In this document: piece after piece, positions 13,928 through 25,399 of the stretch
Layout of the letters: each line of letters opens with the position of its first letter
Position numbering within the stretch: position 1 is the stretch's first letter
Assembly: GCA_951406725.2 (NCBI GenBank)
Contig: OX597823.1
Location: 6,882,001 to 6,946,000, forward strand
DNA from: Octopus vulgaris
Taxonomy: Eukaryota
DNA: 64,000 nt
Direction of reading: 5' to 3'
The notes under the pieces: model-generated
Seen by the model: the letters and a program-made list of their open reading frames with translations, nothing else
What the model was told of the DNA's origin: nothing
Database searches by the model: none
Translations under genes and position numbers: made by a program

Positions 13928-14389
13928 TTGACTTCAGAAAAGATTACATCATATTGAAATTTCACTCAGTATTTTAAACTTTGAAATCAACTTTGTAATT
14001 ACTTGTTTAGAAGAACATCCAAATTACTCTGATATTTGAAAGTTCATTTTGTGAATTTGTTTAAATTGATCTATCAAATTTAACGTTCTAATATTTTAAG
14101 GTCTGTTCTACAACTAACTGGTTGTTGATTGTTTTGACATAGCAACCTGCCTTGGTAATTGATTCCACTTTGTATTGAATGATAATGTCCAACCAGAATG
14201 CTTGTCTTGTTAGTTTCTTGCATCACTGATATAAATCTATGTAATTCTTGTATATATAAATATGCATATCTCAATTGATACTTGTATTCATCTGTGTATA
14301 TATATATATATATATATGAATACATACATAATTGTTAAAGAGGACAACAAACATCAAGGCAAGGCAAACATCTCAAGTTGTATACAATA

Positions 14390-14778
14390 CTAGCAGTATC
14401 GCCCGGCGTTGCTCGGGTTTGTAAGGGAAATAACTATATAAGCATTTTTAGAGAGTTATAGCCAAAAAAATGCATTAAAAATGGGAAAAAAATGATGGTA
14501 AATTTTTTAAAAAATCGTTGACTCATAGACATTTTTAGAGAGTTACTTCCCTTATATAATAGCGAAAAATATGCATTAAAATGGAAAAAAATGATGGTAA
14601 ATTTTTTTAAAAATCGTAGACTCATCGTAGACGCATGCTAATACCCATAAGGGCTCGATATGAATCACAACTATAAGATACCCGGTTTTGGTTAAACTGC
14701 ACCACAAAATGTGGGAGTAGTTAGGAATCTAAATCGTAGGAGACAGACAGCACACAACCTCACTTTTATATATAAAGA
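14390..14778 (-). mobile_element. Non-autonomous Helitron
   Basis: 5'-TC, cccgagcaacgccggg hairpin, CTAG-3', A|T target; same family as 48158-48561. Confidence 0.85.
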
Positions 14779-15207
14779 TTATTATTGGAAAAAATTCAGA
14801 GTCTTACAGCTTTTTCTGAGATATCCCTGAGTATGGGGAATAATAATAATATTGTATACGACTTGAGATGTTTACCCCGCTCTAATGGTTGTTGTCCTCT
14901 TTAAGAATTATATGTCCGCTATATTGGAAATCTCAAATGGCTCCATAACTACCGTCTTGGCTATAACCTTGGAGCCCTAGTAATCCCTTACAGCACTTAC
15001 CTAGCGTACCTAATTGTTTAGATCACCTGTGAACTAAACCCCCAAACTTTGAATACATACATACATACATGTATGTTTCTCAATTGATTCTTATATCCAT
15101 ATACATACATACATATCTCAATTGATACTTATATTCATATATATAAGTATCAATTTGGTCAACTTGCGCCACAGGGTCTCGGAGAAGATAGTGTTAGTTG
15201 AAGGCCA

Positions 15208-17930
15208 TTATTACACTGTTAATGCCCAGGTCGCACACTGATTTAGATTCAGGAATTGAAAATCCCTCTTGAGCTAGTGTCTTGTGTCTGCATTTCATTC
15301 AGCTTTGTATGCTGATAGTGCTGAACTTGGAATTTTCTAGCATTAAATTGCATGCTATTATTTTTACCCTTTGTATATATTGCATCCAACTTCTGGTGTG
15401 CAATTTTTGCAGGTTTCTGTATCCTCTGAGATACTTTTTGTATCACCTGCATAGCTAATAAGAGTGGCTTCTGAACAGCTGAGGGTATATCTGAGAGAGC
15501 CACTATGAATAGTAGTGGCCCTAAGACAGTACCCTTTGGAACACCACTCACTATTTATGTTTTGTTAGAAGTGGCTCCATTGGCTGCCTCTGCCTGACTT
15601 CTGTCTTTTAGAAAGTTGTGTAGTTACTCTCCAAGTTTTCTGACTATGCCAAGATCACACAGCTTGTGACATATCATTCCATGGTCAACTTCATCAAAGG
15701 CTTTTACACAGTTGAGATATATCATATCCACATTTGTGTTATTGAGCAGCTGCTTTAACACTGTTAGGACTGTGTCCAGCAGCTTCTACTTGGTCAGAAA
15801 CCATGCTGGATATCAGTCAACAAGTCATACTCTTCAAGGAATGCAATTAGTTTCCTGAGAACTATTGACTCCATGACTTTGCTGATGTATGAGGTCAGAG
15901 AGATAGACCTATAATTTTTGCATATGCTCTGATTCCTCCTTTATGGGTAGGGCATATTATTCCCTCCTTCAATTTGCCTGGGAGTGTACTACTTGCAGGG
16001 AAACTGAAAAAGAAGCTGCAGTGATTGTACAAGTGTTTGTTTGCATGATTTAAGAAGGATTGGTGGGAATTCATCAGGGCCAGTAGCTGAATTTGCATTT
16101 ACCTCTTCTATGGCCAATATTACATCTCTAATGTCAGTATAATCAATTATTATTGTCTCTTTGGTTACAAGTGAAGTGGTAAAAACTTTTCTAGTTTGTT
16201 CACTTACCTGTGTCCCAAAGGAGTAGTGAAAACACTTTTGAACAGTTCATTCAGTTTTTTTACTTATTCTCATTGGGCTTCCTGTGAAGAGATCCAGAAT
16301 ATTATTTGCCCTGGTTGTTTAGAGCACAGTTTGCTCCATGGATAAAGCATTGGTAAGGTTGAGCAAGGATTCCACCTGTGCTTGTTGGCAGTGTGTCATC
16401 CCTGAGAGCATGAGGCACTCAGGTCATCCCACATTGGGGACGTTGAAATCACCCAAAAGGGTGTTGCATGGGAACTTTTCTGATACTTCTCAGCGGACAC
16501 ATAGCTTTCTGCTGTTCGGAAAGGATTGATGGGCTAAACTTTCGCGGTCTGTATTCGTACTGAAAATTGAGATCGAGCAAGCGTTCAAACATGCCTGTGT
16601 GATTTGGAGCATCTAGTGAGTGATATGTACCTCATATGATAATATTGAGTTGTCTTATACATACAATTTGAGTGCCATATACTGAATTTAAATGTGACTG
16701 CAGGACCTAGGGCATGAGGCCCTCACAGATATGTATACTGCAACCATGGCTCCTATCTCTTCTGTCCATTTGTATTACAACATACTTTGGTATGTGTACT
16801 TTGCATCCCCTATATCAGGTCTTGGATGCAATTCTAGAAGTGCTATGGATAGAGCTTGATTGCATGCAACAAGGTCTCTCAAGAAAGTGACTTTTGTTTT
16901 GTTGTTGAGGTGCAACAAATCTCTGATACTTAACTGAAATATTGGTTTGATACCTGTGTTGGTGCTAGTGGCAGCGATCTTGTATTTGTTGACTGAGGTG
17001 GCCTTGTGTTGTGGTGGTTGTGGTTTCAAGTCTGTGCTTGATTTAACCAGGTCAGCTGCTGTACAGAATTTTGTACCATGTATAAGAAAGACTTTTGTTC
17101 AGCTGCTGCTCTTTTCACATGTGGGTGAAGCTGGTTGTTTGGAGTAGGATGCACTGTGTCTGCATATCATCTTTTAGGAGCAGACAAGGGGCTATTTCTT
17201 CTTCTTTGGTGCCCTTCTTTTCTTTGTCCTCCACCTGGAAAGAAGTTCTAATTCAGGTCCTAGCAGTTTTGGCAGGGTTTCATATATGCAAAACAGCAGT
17301 TTGCGCTTTTGTCGCCATGCCAGCAATTTCCTTGCATGTAAAATCTGCATGTTTCTACTTTCGTACCTCCTATTTCTTTTACCCACATTGTTGGAGGAGC
17401 ACTGTTATTTGCCCCAAAGTATGTTTTTCCTTTTATTTTGGAGTTTTCACTGGAAACTCCACATTTGGGTAGCCTGCCTTGTCTTTTGTCATGGTTTATC
17501 TTGGAGGCTATTCTTTTTGATTTTTGCTTCCTTTTCTTATTCATTTCTTCCTCTTTGTGGTTTTTGGAAGCTTTTGTTTTGCCATTGATTTGTTTTTGTT
17601 TTCTTCCTTTCTCAGCCCTCTCATCTCTTTGGTTATCTATAGTGGTGGAGGCAGGGCCAGTATCTTCAGTGTTTTCTTCATTAGCAGGTCTCTCAGGCAT
17701 TGTTCTTTTCAGGATCTGTTAGGCCCAGGAAACTTATCTTCCCCTCCCCCCCATCAAGATACTTCCATATCAAGCAAGGCCATTTTCTGCGTATCAAGCA
17801 AGGGTCCTGTTTTTTTTACCCCACTTACTAAAATCTTTGTCTTTTCTAGGTTTATCTTAAGGCCTCTCAATGCCAGGTTTTGCTTCTATGCCTGGAATTT
17901 CTTCTCTAATTTGCCCGGTGGATTCTGTTA
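15208..17930 (-). mobile_element. CR1-type LINE, decayed (ORF1 zinc-finger region, endonuclease, RT)
   Basis: SGVPKGTVLGPLLFIVALSDIP (15480-15551), YLNCVKAFDEVDHG (~15680-15720), GDFN (~16435-16455), ORF1-like CRFYMQGNCWHG...C (17260-17400); many stops and frameshifts. Confidence 0.85.
16470..16586 (-). pseudogene. 28S rRNA fragment (3' conserved region)
   Basis: Reverse complement gcttgctcgatctcaattttcagtacgaatacagaccgcgaaag...gtatcagaaaagtt resembles the conserved eukaryotic LSU stretch GCTTGATCTTGATTTTCAGTACGAATACAGACCGTGAAAG...GTGTCAGAAAAGTT (compared from memory). Confidence 0.85.
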
Positions 17931-17934
17931 TGTG

Positions 17935-18170
17935 AACTAGGTCACCAGCATATTAGAGTTACTATGACCTGCCAAAAATAAAGTCCTCTGTGATGGCTTG
18001 TAGTACTATGATGAATAGTAGGGGACTGAGAACTGAACCTTGGTGAACTCCAACACTCACACTAAATTCCTCCTTAAGTCGTTGACTCTCACTTTACTGC
18101 ATCCTTGTACATGGCTTGCACAGCTCTCACATTTCATTCATCAATGCCTAATTTCCTTAGTGACCATCAA
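17935..18170 (-). mobile_element. RTE LINE reverse transcriptase fragment
   Basis: WSLRKLGIDE...VRAVQAMYKD...FSVSVGVHQGSVLSPLLFIIVLQAITE...YAGDL. Confidence 0.8.
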
Positions 18171-18836
18171 AATTGTTGGCAAAATTCAATGCAGATTCTC
18201 TGCTTAACTTCCTCTGTCATGGTCAATGCAATGATCACATGCTACACACCTTTCTTCCAAGCACTGCTGTAAACAGTGGATGTGAGCTAGAATGTTAAAA
18301 CTTAGTGCACATGTACAGCAGAGTTCAAGGTCAATCTATGCCAAGCAGCCTCACTCTGCATGCTTCAGCTTCATTACTATGGCAACAATCTGGATACAAA
18401 GTGTTGGTGACTGACTGTTTGGATTCTGAAATCATTCAGAATATGGAAAAAGGAAATAATGTTGCTCTTACAGGGAAAATTTGTACTCAGGTGCCTAGAA
18501 TACTTCTCCTGGTTATGGTTGTCCCAAAACACCAAACTAACAGCAGAACGTAAGGCAAATTCAGGGTGTTCAAGCTAAATTTGATGGTTTTTTTAATGTT
18601 TCCAGTCAGTCACCAACACTTTGTTGTCGTTTTAGTAATAGCTGCATGGTATTGTACATCACTATTTATATCAATTTCTAGTTTACACCCTGACTCTGAT
18701 TTTGTGATTGCAATACTGCCATATGCCATTTATTCTGATTGCAATTCGGGGGTTGGTAGTGCCATTCTCTGACAAAACACAATGAGTCGACTTACTGTGC
18801 TTTCTTGGAATCCTTGGACTGACTATACCTCATAAA

Positions 18837-19218
18837 GGAGGCGCAATGGCCCAGTGGTTAGGGAAGCGGACTCGCGGTCGTAGGATCGCGGTTTCGATTC
18901 CCAGACCAGGTGTTGTGAGTGTTTATTGAGCGAAAACACTTAAAGCTCCACGAGGCTCCAGCAGGGATGGTGGTGATCCCTGCTGTACTCTTTCACCACA
19001 ACTTTCTCTCACTCTTACTTCCTTTTCTGTTGTACCTGTATTTCAAAGGGCCGGCCTTGTCACTCTCTGTGTCACGCTGAATATCTCCGAGAACTACGTT
19101 AAGGGTACACATGTCTGTGGAGTGCTCAGCCACTTACATGTTAATTTCACGAGCAGGCTGTTCCGTTGATTGGATCAACCGGAACCCTCGTCATCGTAAC
19201 TGACGGAGTGCTTCCATC
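18837..19218 (+). mobile_element. Full-length tRNA-derived SINE with 12-bp TSD
   Basis: A box tggcccagtgg, B box gtttcgattccc; TSD atacctcataaa at 18825-18836 and 19219-19230. Confidence 0.9.
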
Positions 19219-19568
19219 ATACCTCATAAATACTAAGCAGGTCATAGTCATAGGTCTCAGTAGTATATTTGAAACTTAATTGCATTGCTCCAGGTTTCCA
19301 AAGTATAGATGACTATAACTTTTTCAGCTTTTAGCAATTATCTCAGATTCTTGTTTTTCGGCATTCTGTGTTTTGTCAGAGAAGGACAGTATATCGGAGT
19401 ACCTGAAATGTTTCAGTATTGAACTGCATGTTGTTTTCTTTAGCTTACTTCTGTATTGTGTTCAGTTTTCTGTTATCATCAGTGTCCTTGCTGCTTGCAA
19501 TATTTTTGTATCATCAGCATAACTGGTGAGAGTGGCTAACTAGATGACTGAGGGCATATCTGACAGAG

Positions 19569-19761
19569 CGGCAAGCTGGCAGAAACGTTAGCACGCCGGG
19601 TGAAATGCTTTGCGGTATTTCATCTGTTGTTACGATCCGAGTTCAAATTCAGAACAGGACAAACAGATTAAGTCGATTACAGTACCAGTTACGCACTAGG
19701 GTTGGTGTAATCGACTTAATCCGTTTGTCCTTGTTAGCCCCTTGTGGGTAGTAAAGAAATA
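19569..19761 (+). mobile_element. SINE family B with 17-bp TSD and internal inversion
   Basis: TSD ggcatatctg(a/g)cagagc at ~19553 and ~19762; the middle is replaced by an inverted copy of its own 3' part. Confidence 0.8.
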
Positions 19762-21187
19762 GGCATATCTGGCAGAGCCTCCACAAACAGTAGTAGACCC
19801 AGTACAATTCTGTGAAAGAATCCATTTAGAATCAATGTCTACCAAGAAAGAGCATCAGTGGCTGCAACTGTCTCTTTCCTATCTTTTAAAAAAGTCATGT
19901 AGCTGCTCCCTTAGTTTTCCAAGGTCATGCAATATGTTACATATTATCCTCTGACCAACTTTATCAAAGGCCTCTGCAAAGTTGAGATATATTACAGCCA
20001 CACTTCTCACATGCTGATTTGTAAAGTCAGAGAGATAGGACTGTAATACTTAGCATCTGTTCTGCTCCGTTCTTCATACACAGAGCATATGATACCAAGT
20101 TTTGCCACTAGAAATGTTTCTGGAATGGTTTTGTAAGAACTTTCTTACATGACTTTAAAAGAATAATTGGAAACCCATCAGGATCTGTCATTAAGTTCAA
20201 ACTAATTTCACCAATGTTTCACATATTACATTCCTTCCTTTTATTTCAATGTAATCAATGGTTTTCTCTTCGCATTGTGGATCTGCAATGTTGAAGAACC
20301 CATCAGGTTTGTTTATTTGCATATTTCCCAGGAGTGAGAAGGTGAAAACACTTTGGAATTGTTTGTTGATTATTTTGCTTATCCTCCAGGAGTTTGTTGT
20401 TGGTGAGCGATTTTCTTCAAACACACACACGCATATTTTATGGATTCTCCCATTGTGAGATGACAGATGAGGGTTCAGCAATTTTTTTTTTTTGCTGAAC
20501 AACCACACAGATGATTTGTTTCTAGTGATCAAACATTTTTGTTTACATAAGCTCACTCTCTCACCATTGCCTGTACAAGTACACAAGTGTGCCACACACC
20601 AAATGTACAAATGATCACAGAGCAATGCAAAATGAAGTATTACTTTCAAGAACACAATGCACTGCCACGTTTCATAATCATCATCATCATCATCATCATC
20701 GTTTAACGTCCGTTTTATGTATTGTTATATTTCAGGATGGTCATTTTTTGTGCAAAATAAACAGACGCACTATATACTCATCCTTCATTTTATCATTATT
20801 ATTGTTCTTATTTTAGTGCCATTTGTCTTAAATCTTTCTTCACACATCCTGTGACCTCTTCAGCGACTCTTTATCCCACCTATTTCCTCCTGTCCTGTTT
20901 AGGCCATTCAGTCCAGAGAATGAACTTGTCACTGTGTACCAGTTATATCTCGCTGCTATGATATACAGAATATCAGCATTCTTTCAGCTTCTGATATTGT
21001 AACTAGCCAGCAAGTTCATTAAAAATTTATTATTATCAATGGAAGCAGTATTAATACCCAAAAACTAATTTTTATATCCAATGTAACATGGATGCTTTGT
21101 TAGAACACCAAATACTGTGTTATTAGCCTTGAGGAACCCTCTCGTATAAGTGCTTGGTGTTTCCCACATTTGTGTGTGTGTGTGTGT

Positions 21188-21227
<40 letters not shown>

Positions 21228-21235
21228 TCATCATC

Positions 21236-21559
21236 TGTGCCGGTGGCACATAAAAAGCACCATCCGAACGTTGCCAGCGCCGCTTTGGCTGGCTTCCGTG
21301 CCGCTGGCTTCTGTGCCGCTGGCACGTTAAAAGCTCCAACCGATGGTGGCTGATGCCGGACCCCCCCTGGCACCTGTGCAGGTGGCACGTAAAAAGCACC
21401 CACTACATTCGCGGAGTGGTTGGCGTTAGGAAGGGCATCCAGCCATAGAAACTCTGCCAGATCAGACTGGAGACTGGAGCAGCCCCTGGCTTCCCAGACC
21501 CCGGTCGAACCGTCCAACCCGTGCTAGCGCGGAAAACGGACATTAAACGATGATGATGA

Positions 21560-21562
<3 letters not shown>
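21236..21562 (+). mobile_element. RTE LINE 3' UTR fragment
   Basis: Repeated ggtggcac(a/g)taaaaagcacc units, ggcgttaggaagggcatccagc, (GAT)n tail, flanked by (TA)n. Confidence 0.85.
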
Positions 21563-21599
<37 letters not shown>

Positions 21600-21609
21600 A
21601 CACACACAC

Positions 21610-22298
21610 AAAGAAATAAGAATCCTTGCTATTGTTGAAAAGAATCCATTTTTTATCACACATAAGAATATGATGCAAAAATGGTTCGCTTTTTATGCGG
21701 AACAGCAAGTCTGAAGACAACGTGTGATTTGATGCTTGTTCGGTTCATGTGGTACCCACTTGTCCAGTTTCTTTACCTTGCCGATTTGTTTCAAATGGCA
21801 CTAAAATCAAACTTTGCTGCTAACTCACTTGTAGTTAGAGATGTAATCACTTCCATTACAGTTTCCAGCTCATCTTTATCCACCTTGGTCTCAGGTCTAC
21901 CATGAGTATGATTTTCAAGAGTAAGGTCACAAGACTGGAACTTCTCAAACTATTGATGTACAATGCACTCAGTCGCCATGTCTTCACCAAACACCTCATT
22001 GATGCGTGGAGCTGTCTGCGATGCACTGATTCCACAATGGAACTCATATTCATAAACAACATGAATTTTTGATCAATTCAAAGGTTCACAAAAAATGATT
22101 TACAAGAGAAAACTCACAATATAATCAGACACCATGAACTGCATTTCAAAATGTGATGATGTAATTCTTCAATGTTGTAAAAGAAAGGATATTGTCAGGA
22201 TAAAACATTAGAGTTACTGACTGTCAAACTTGTTACACATGAAAATTGGACATTTCGTTCTTAATGACCTGATATACATACATGTATTCACATATATG

Positions 22299-22340
<42 letters not shown>

Positions 22341-23029
22341 CATATATGTGAATACATGTATGTATATCAGGTCATTAAGAATGAAATGTCCGATTTTCAT
22401 GTGTAACAAGTTTGACAGTCAGTAACTCTAATGTTTTATCCTGACAATATCCTTTCTTTTACAATATTGAAGAATTACATCATCACATTTTGAAATGCAG
22501 TTCATGGTGTCTGATTATATTGTGAGTTTTCTCTTGTAAATCATTTTTTGTGAACCTTTGAATTGATCAAAAATTCATGTTGTTTATGAATATGAGTTCC
22601 ATTGTGGATTCAGTGCATCGCAGACAGCTCCAAACATCAATGAGGTGTTTGGTGAAGACATGGCGATTGAGTGTATTGTACATCAATAGTTTGAGAAGTT
22701 CCGGTCTTGTGACCTTACTCTTGAAAATCATACTCATGGTAGACCTGAGACCAAGGTGGATAAAGATGAGCTGGAAACTGTAATGGAAGTGATTACATCT
22801 CTAACTACAAGTGAGTTAGCAGCAAAGTTTGATTTTAGTGCCATTTGAAACAAATCGGCAAGGTAAAGAAACTGGACAAGTGGGTACCACATGAACCGAA
22901 CAAGCATCAAATCACACGTTGTCTTCAGACTTGCTGTTCCGGCATAAAAGCGAACCATTTTTGCATCATATTCTTATGTGTGATAAAAAATGGATTCTTT
23001 TCAACAATAGCAAGGATTCTTATTTCTTT
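21610..23029. repeat. 1.42-kb palindrome centred on (TA)n
   Basis: 21610-22302 is the reverse complement of 22337-23029 with roughly ten differences; mirrored ORFs 21856..22062(-) and 22577..22783(+). Confidence 0.97.
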
Positions 23030-23645
23030 ATTGCCCACAAGGGGCTAAACATAGAGGGGACAAACAAGGACAGACAGAGGGATTAAGTCGATTACATCGA
23101 CCCCAGTGCGTAACTGGTGCTTAATTTATCGACCCCGAAAGGATGAAAGGCAAAGTCGACCTCGGCGGAATTTGAACTCAGAACGTAATGGCAGACGAAA
23201 TACGGCTACGCATTTCGCCCGGCGTGCTAACGATTCTGCCAGCTTGCCGCCTTAGCAAGGATTCTGCATGGTGGTTGGATGCTGATGACGTGCTAAAACA
23301 CAATCCAAAAAAGAATATTCACCAAAAACGCTAATGGTGTCTGTTTGGTGGTTCAATGCTGGTGTCATCCACTACAGCTTCATGAGACCTGGTAAATCAA
23401 TTACAGCAGATGTATACCTTAACCAGTTGGATGAAATGATGAGTGAACTTGAAATTAAACAACTGAGATTGGTCAGTAGAGACAGACCAATTCTCTTGCA
23501 AGACAATGCTTGATCACATGTTGCACAAAGAACACTACTCAAGTTGCAAGAACTGAACTTGAAGTATTCTGTCATCCACCATATTCACCAGACCTTGCAC
23601 CAACTGACTGTTACGTTTTCCAGGCATTAGACAACTTTTTACGAT
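22367..23645 (+). mobile_element. Mariner transposon, decayed, 3' truncated, with SINE insertion
   Basis: TA + tcaggtcattaag TIR; KLDKWVPHE (22870-22895), ILLQDNA (~23490-23510), HPPYSPDLAPTD (~23573-23608). Confidence 0.9.
23021..23251 (-). mobile_element. SINE family B, full length, 13-bp TSD
   Basis: TSD tagcaaggattct at 23008-23020 and 23253-23265; B-box-like gagttcaaattcc; gcctttcatcctttcggggtcgataaa Meta-like domain. Confidence 0.9.
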
Positions 23646-24099
23646 GACAAAACTAATAATATTAGCCACAGTAATTCTGATGTCAATAATACTGGAAATG
23701 TTACCAATGTTGCTCCTAACGAGAATAGAATGAGATGTGATTTTAATAGTTCTCTACCATTATACAACCCTTAGAGTGTTATTGACAGTGGAATTGCCTG
23801 TAGCAGTCCTTATGAAAGTATCTGTCAGCCTCTACTACATTTTCCAACTGTGATATATGTACAGGCAATGTGATCAGCCTCCACAGCACCAGTGATGCTA
23901 GCAACATTGATAGTAACATTTAATGTTAGCTTGACCAATGATGTTTTTATGCCAAAGTGCTTGCAGTAGTTTTAATATAGATGCAAATGGTGATAATAAT
24001 AGAGTATTGGGAATGGTAATATTGATGCATATTTATATTTTAAGGAATAATATTGGTGGTAGGAATGTAAATAATACCTGTGACATTAACATCCGTCCA

Positions 24100-24725
24100 C
24101 CTCCAGTGTTATGTAATTGTAGAAACAAATTTCAATGCCACCTTAATAAATTATGCCTAACTAAAACTATTTTCTATAGAACATTTACCTACATTGACTC
24201 TACCACAAGTGTATTCAAGAAATACATTTGGGTGATATGATAAACCTAAAGTTACATGATCTTTGTGTATGAGTGTATATATTTTTATGTGTTTATCTAT
24301 TGTGCTTACATGTGGATATGGAGGAGTGATAATGAACAATTTTAAAGCTTTGTGGTTGACTGAACTCGCTTGTACTTGATTCCGTTTAATGAATGCGAAA
24401 TCTACTATGTATTTGATCTCCATTTAATATACACCTTGGTACCACTTTGTTTATAGCAACCTCAGCTATTTTTTATGTCACTATGTTGGACTATAAATTT
24501 GGTTTGTTTTATTGTATTTTTCCATGATTTTCTATGTTTGTTAATTGCCTATTTAGCCCACACCTACTTTCTCTTCTATAAACTAGCAGAACTAAATAGG
24601 CTGTGTCACTGGTTGACTTTTTAAATTATGCCTGATGATGATGGAATCATATAATATTAAGCAATTTCTTATGACTACATTGAATAAAATTCTACTGAAA
24701 CAACTGTTGCTAATTTAGACGCCAT
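24100..24725 (+). mobile_element. Penelope-like element 3' remnant (GIY-YIG region and terminus)
   Basis: CNCRNKFQCHLNKLCLTKTIFYR...TYIDSTTSVFKK resembles the PLE CNC...CPL..CL...IY...YIG.T..FK pattern; downstream ctgatga (24633)...gaaacaactgt (24697). Confidence 0.6.
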
Positions 24726-24954
24726 TTATGTGTTACTATTTTATACTTACACTGCATCAAAGATCCACCAGTGAGTTGGATTGTTGGTGGTTTTACTGGA
24801 TTTGGTATTTACATAACTATAATTTTCTGACAGATTTTGTTTACAATGTTGTATTCTTTCACTATCATTTAGCCATTTTCTGGCATCTTGATATGCCTCA
24901 CTTCTGAATGAATACTTATAACTGTATGGAGATATATGTGTGTGTATGTATGTG

Positions 24955-25006
<52 letters not shown>

Positions 25007-25399
25007 CATTCATATAGTTAAGAAGATTGAAACAGTTATATGAATTCATTAAGAATTGAGGCATATCAATATGTAAGATGCCAGAAAACGGCTGAATATA
25101 ATTACACACACACATACATAATTACATACATTGAACATAAAAAGTCAGGAGGTATGAGAGATGAATATATTTATTTCACCAGTTGATATCCAAAGGGTAA
25201 CGGCTGTTTCAGTCTTCTTCATGTAATAGTAATTTTATTTTTGTGTATAATAAATTATTTTACATGTTTGAACATGTGTGTGTGTATTATTTTTTTATGT
25301 TTCAGCCCAAAGGCTGTGGCCATGCTAGGGCACCACCAGTATTGTCACCTTTTCAATGGACCTCCTTATGGGATTGGCTTTTGGTGAAGGAGGGAGTTT

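Larger units (their letters stand above)
18570..20420 (-). mobile_element. Second CR1-type LINE RT region, decayed, with two nested SINEs
   Basis: ATLTSYADDTKI (~19503-19538), VLGLLLFVEAL (~19775-19808), IYLNFAEAFDK (~19960-19993), INKQFQSVFT (~20340-20370); left boundary approximate. Confidence 0.75.

Noticed and set aside
16470-16586. Functional rRNA gene
   Set aside because: Only ~117 nt with no flanking rDNA; treated as a pseudogenic fragment
18305-18553. 82-aa ORF as a host exon
   Set aside because: No convincing splice signals or recognisable motif; lies between LINE fragments
18837-18910. Possible tRNA gene
   Set aside because: It has A/B boxes but continues into a 380-bp body flanked by a 12-bp TSD, so it is a SINE head
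21610-23029. Single transposon with 700-bp TIRs
   Set aside because: The mariner TIRs lie at the centre rather than the outer ends, there is no outer TSD, and the right arm continues as an ordinary mariner
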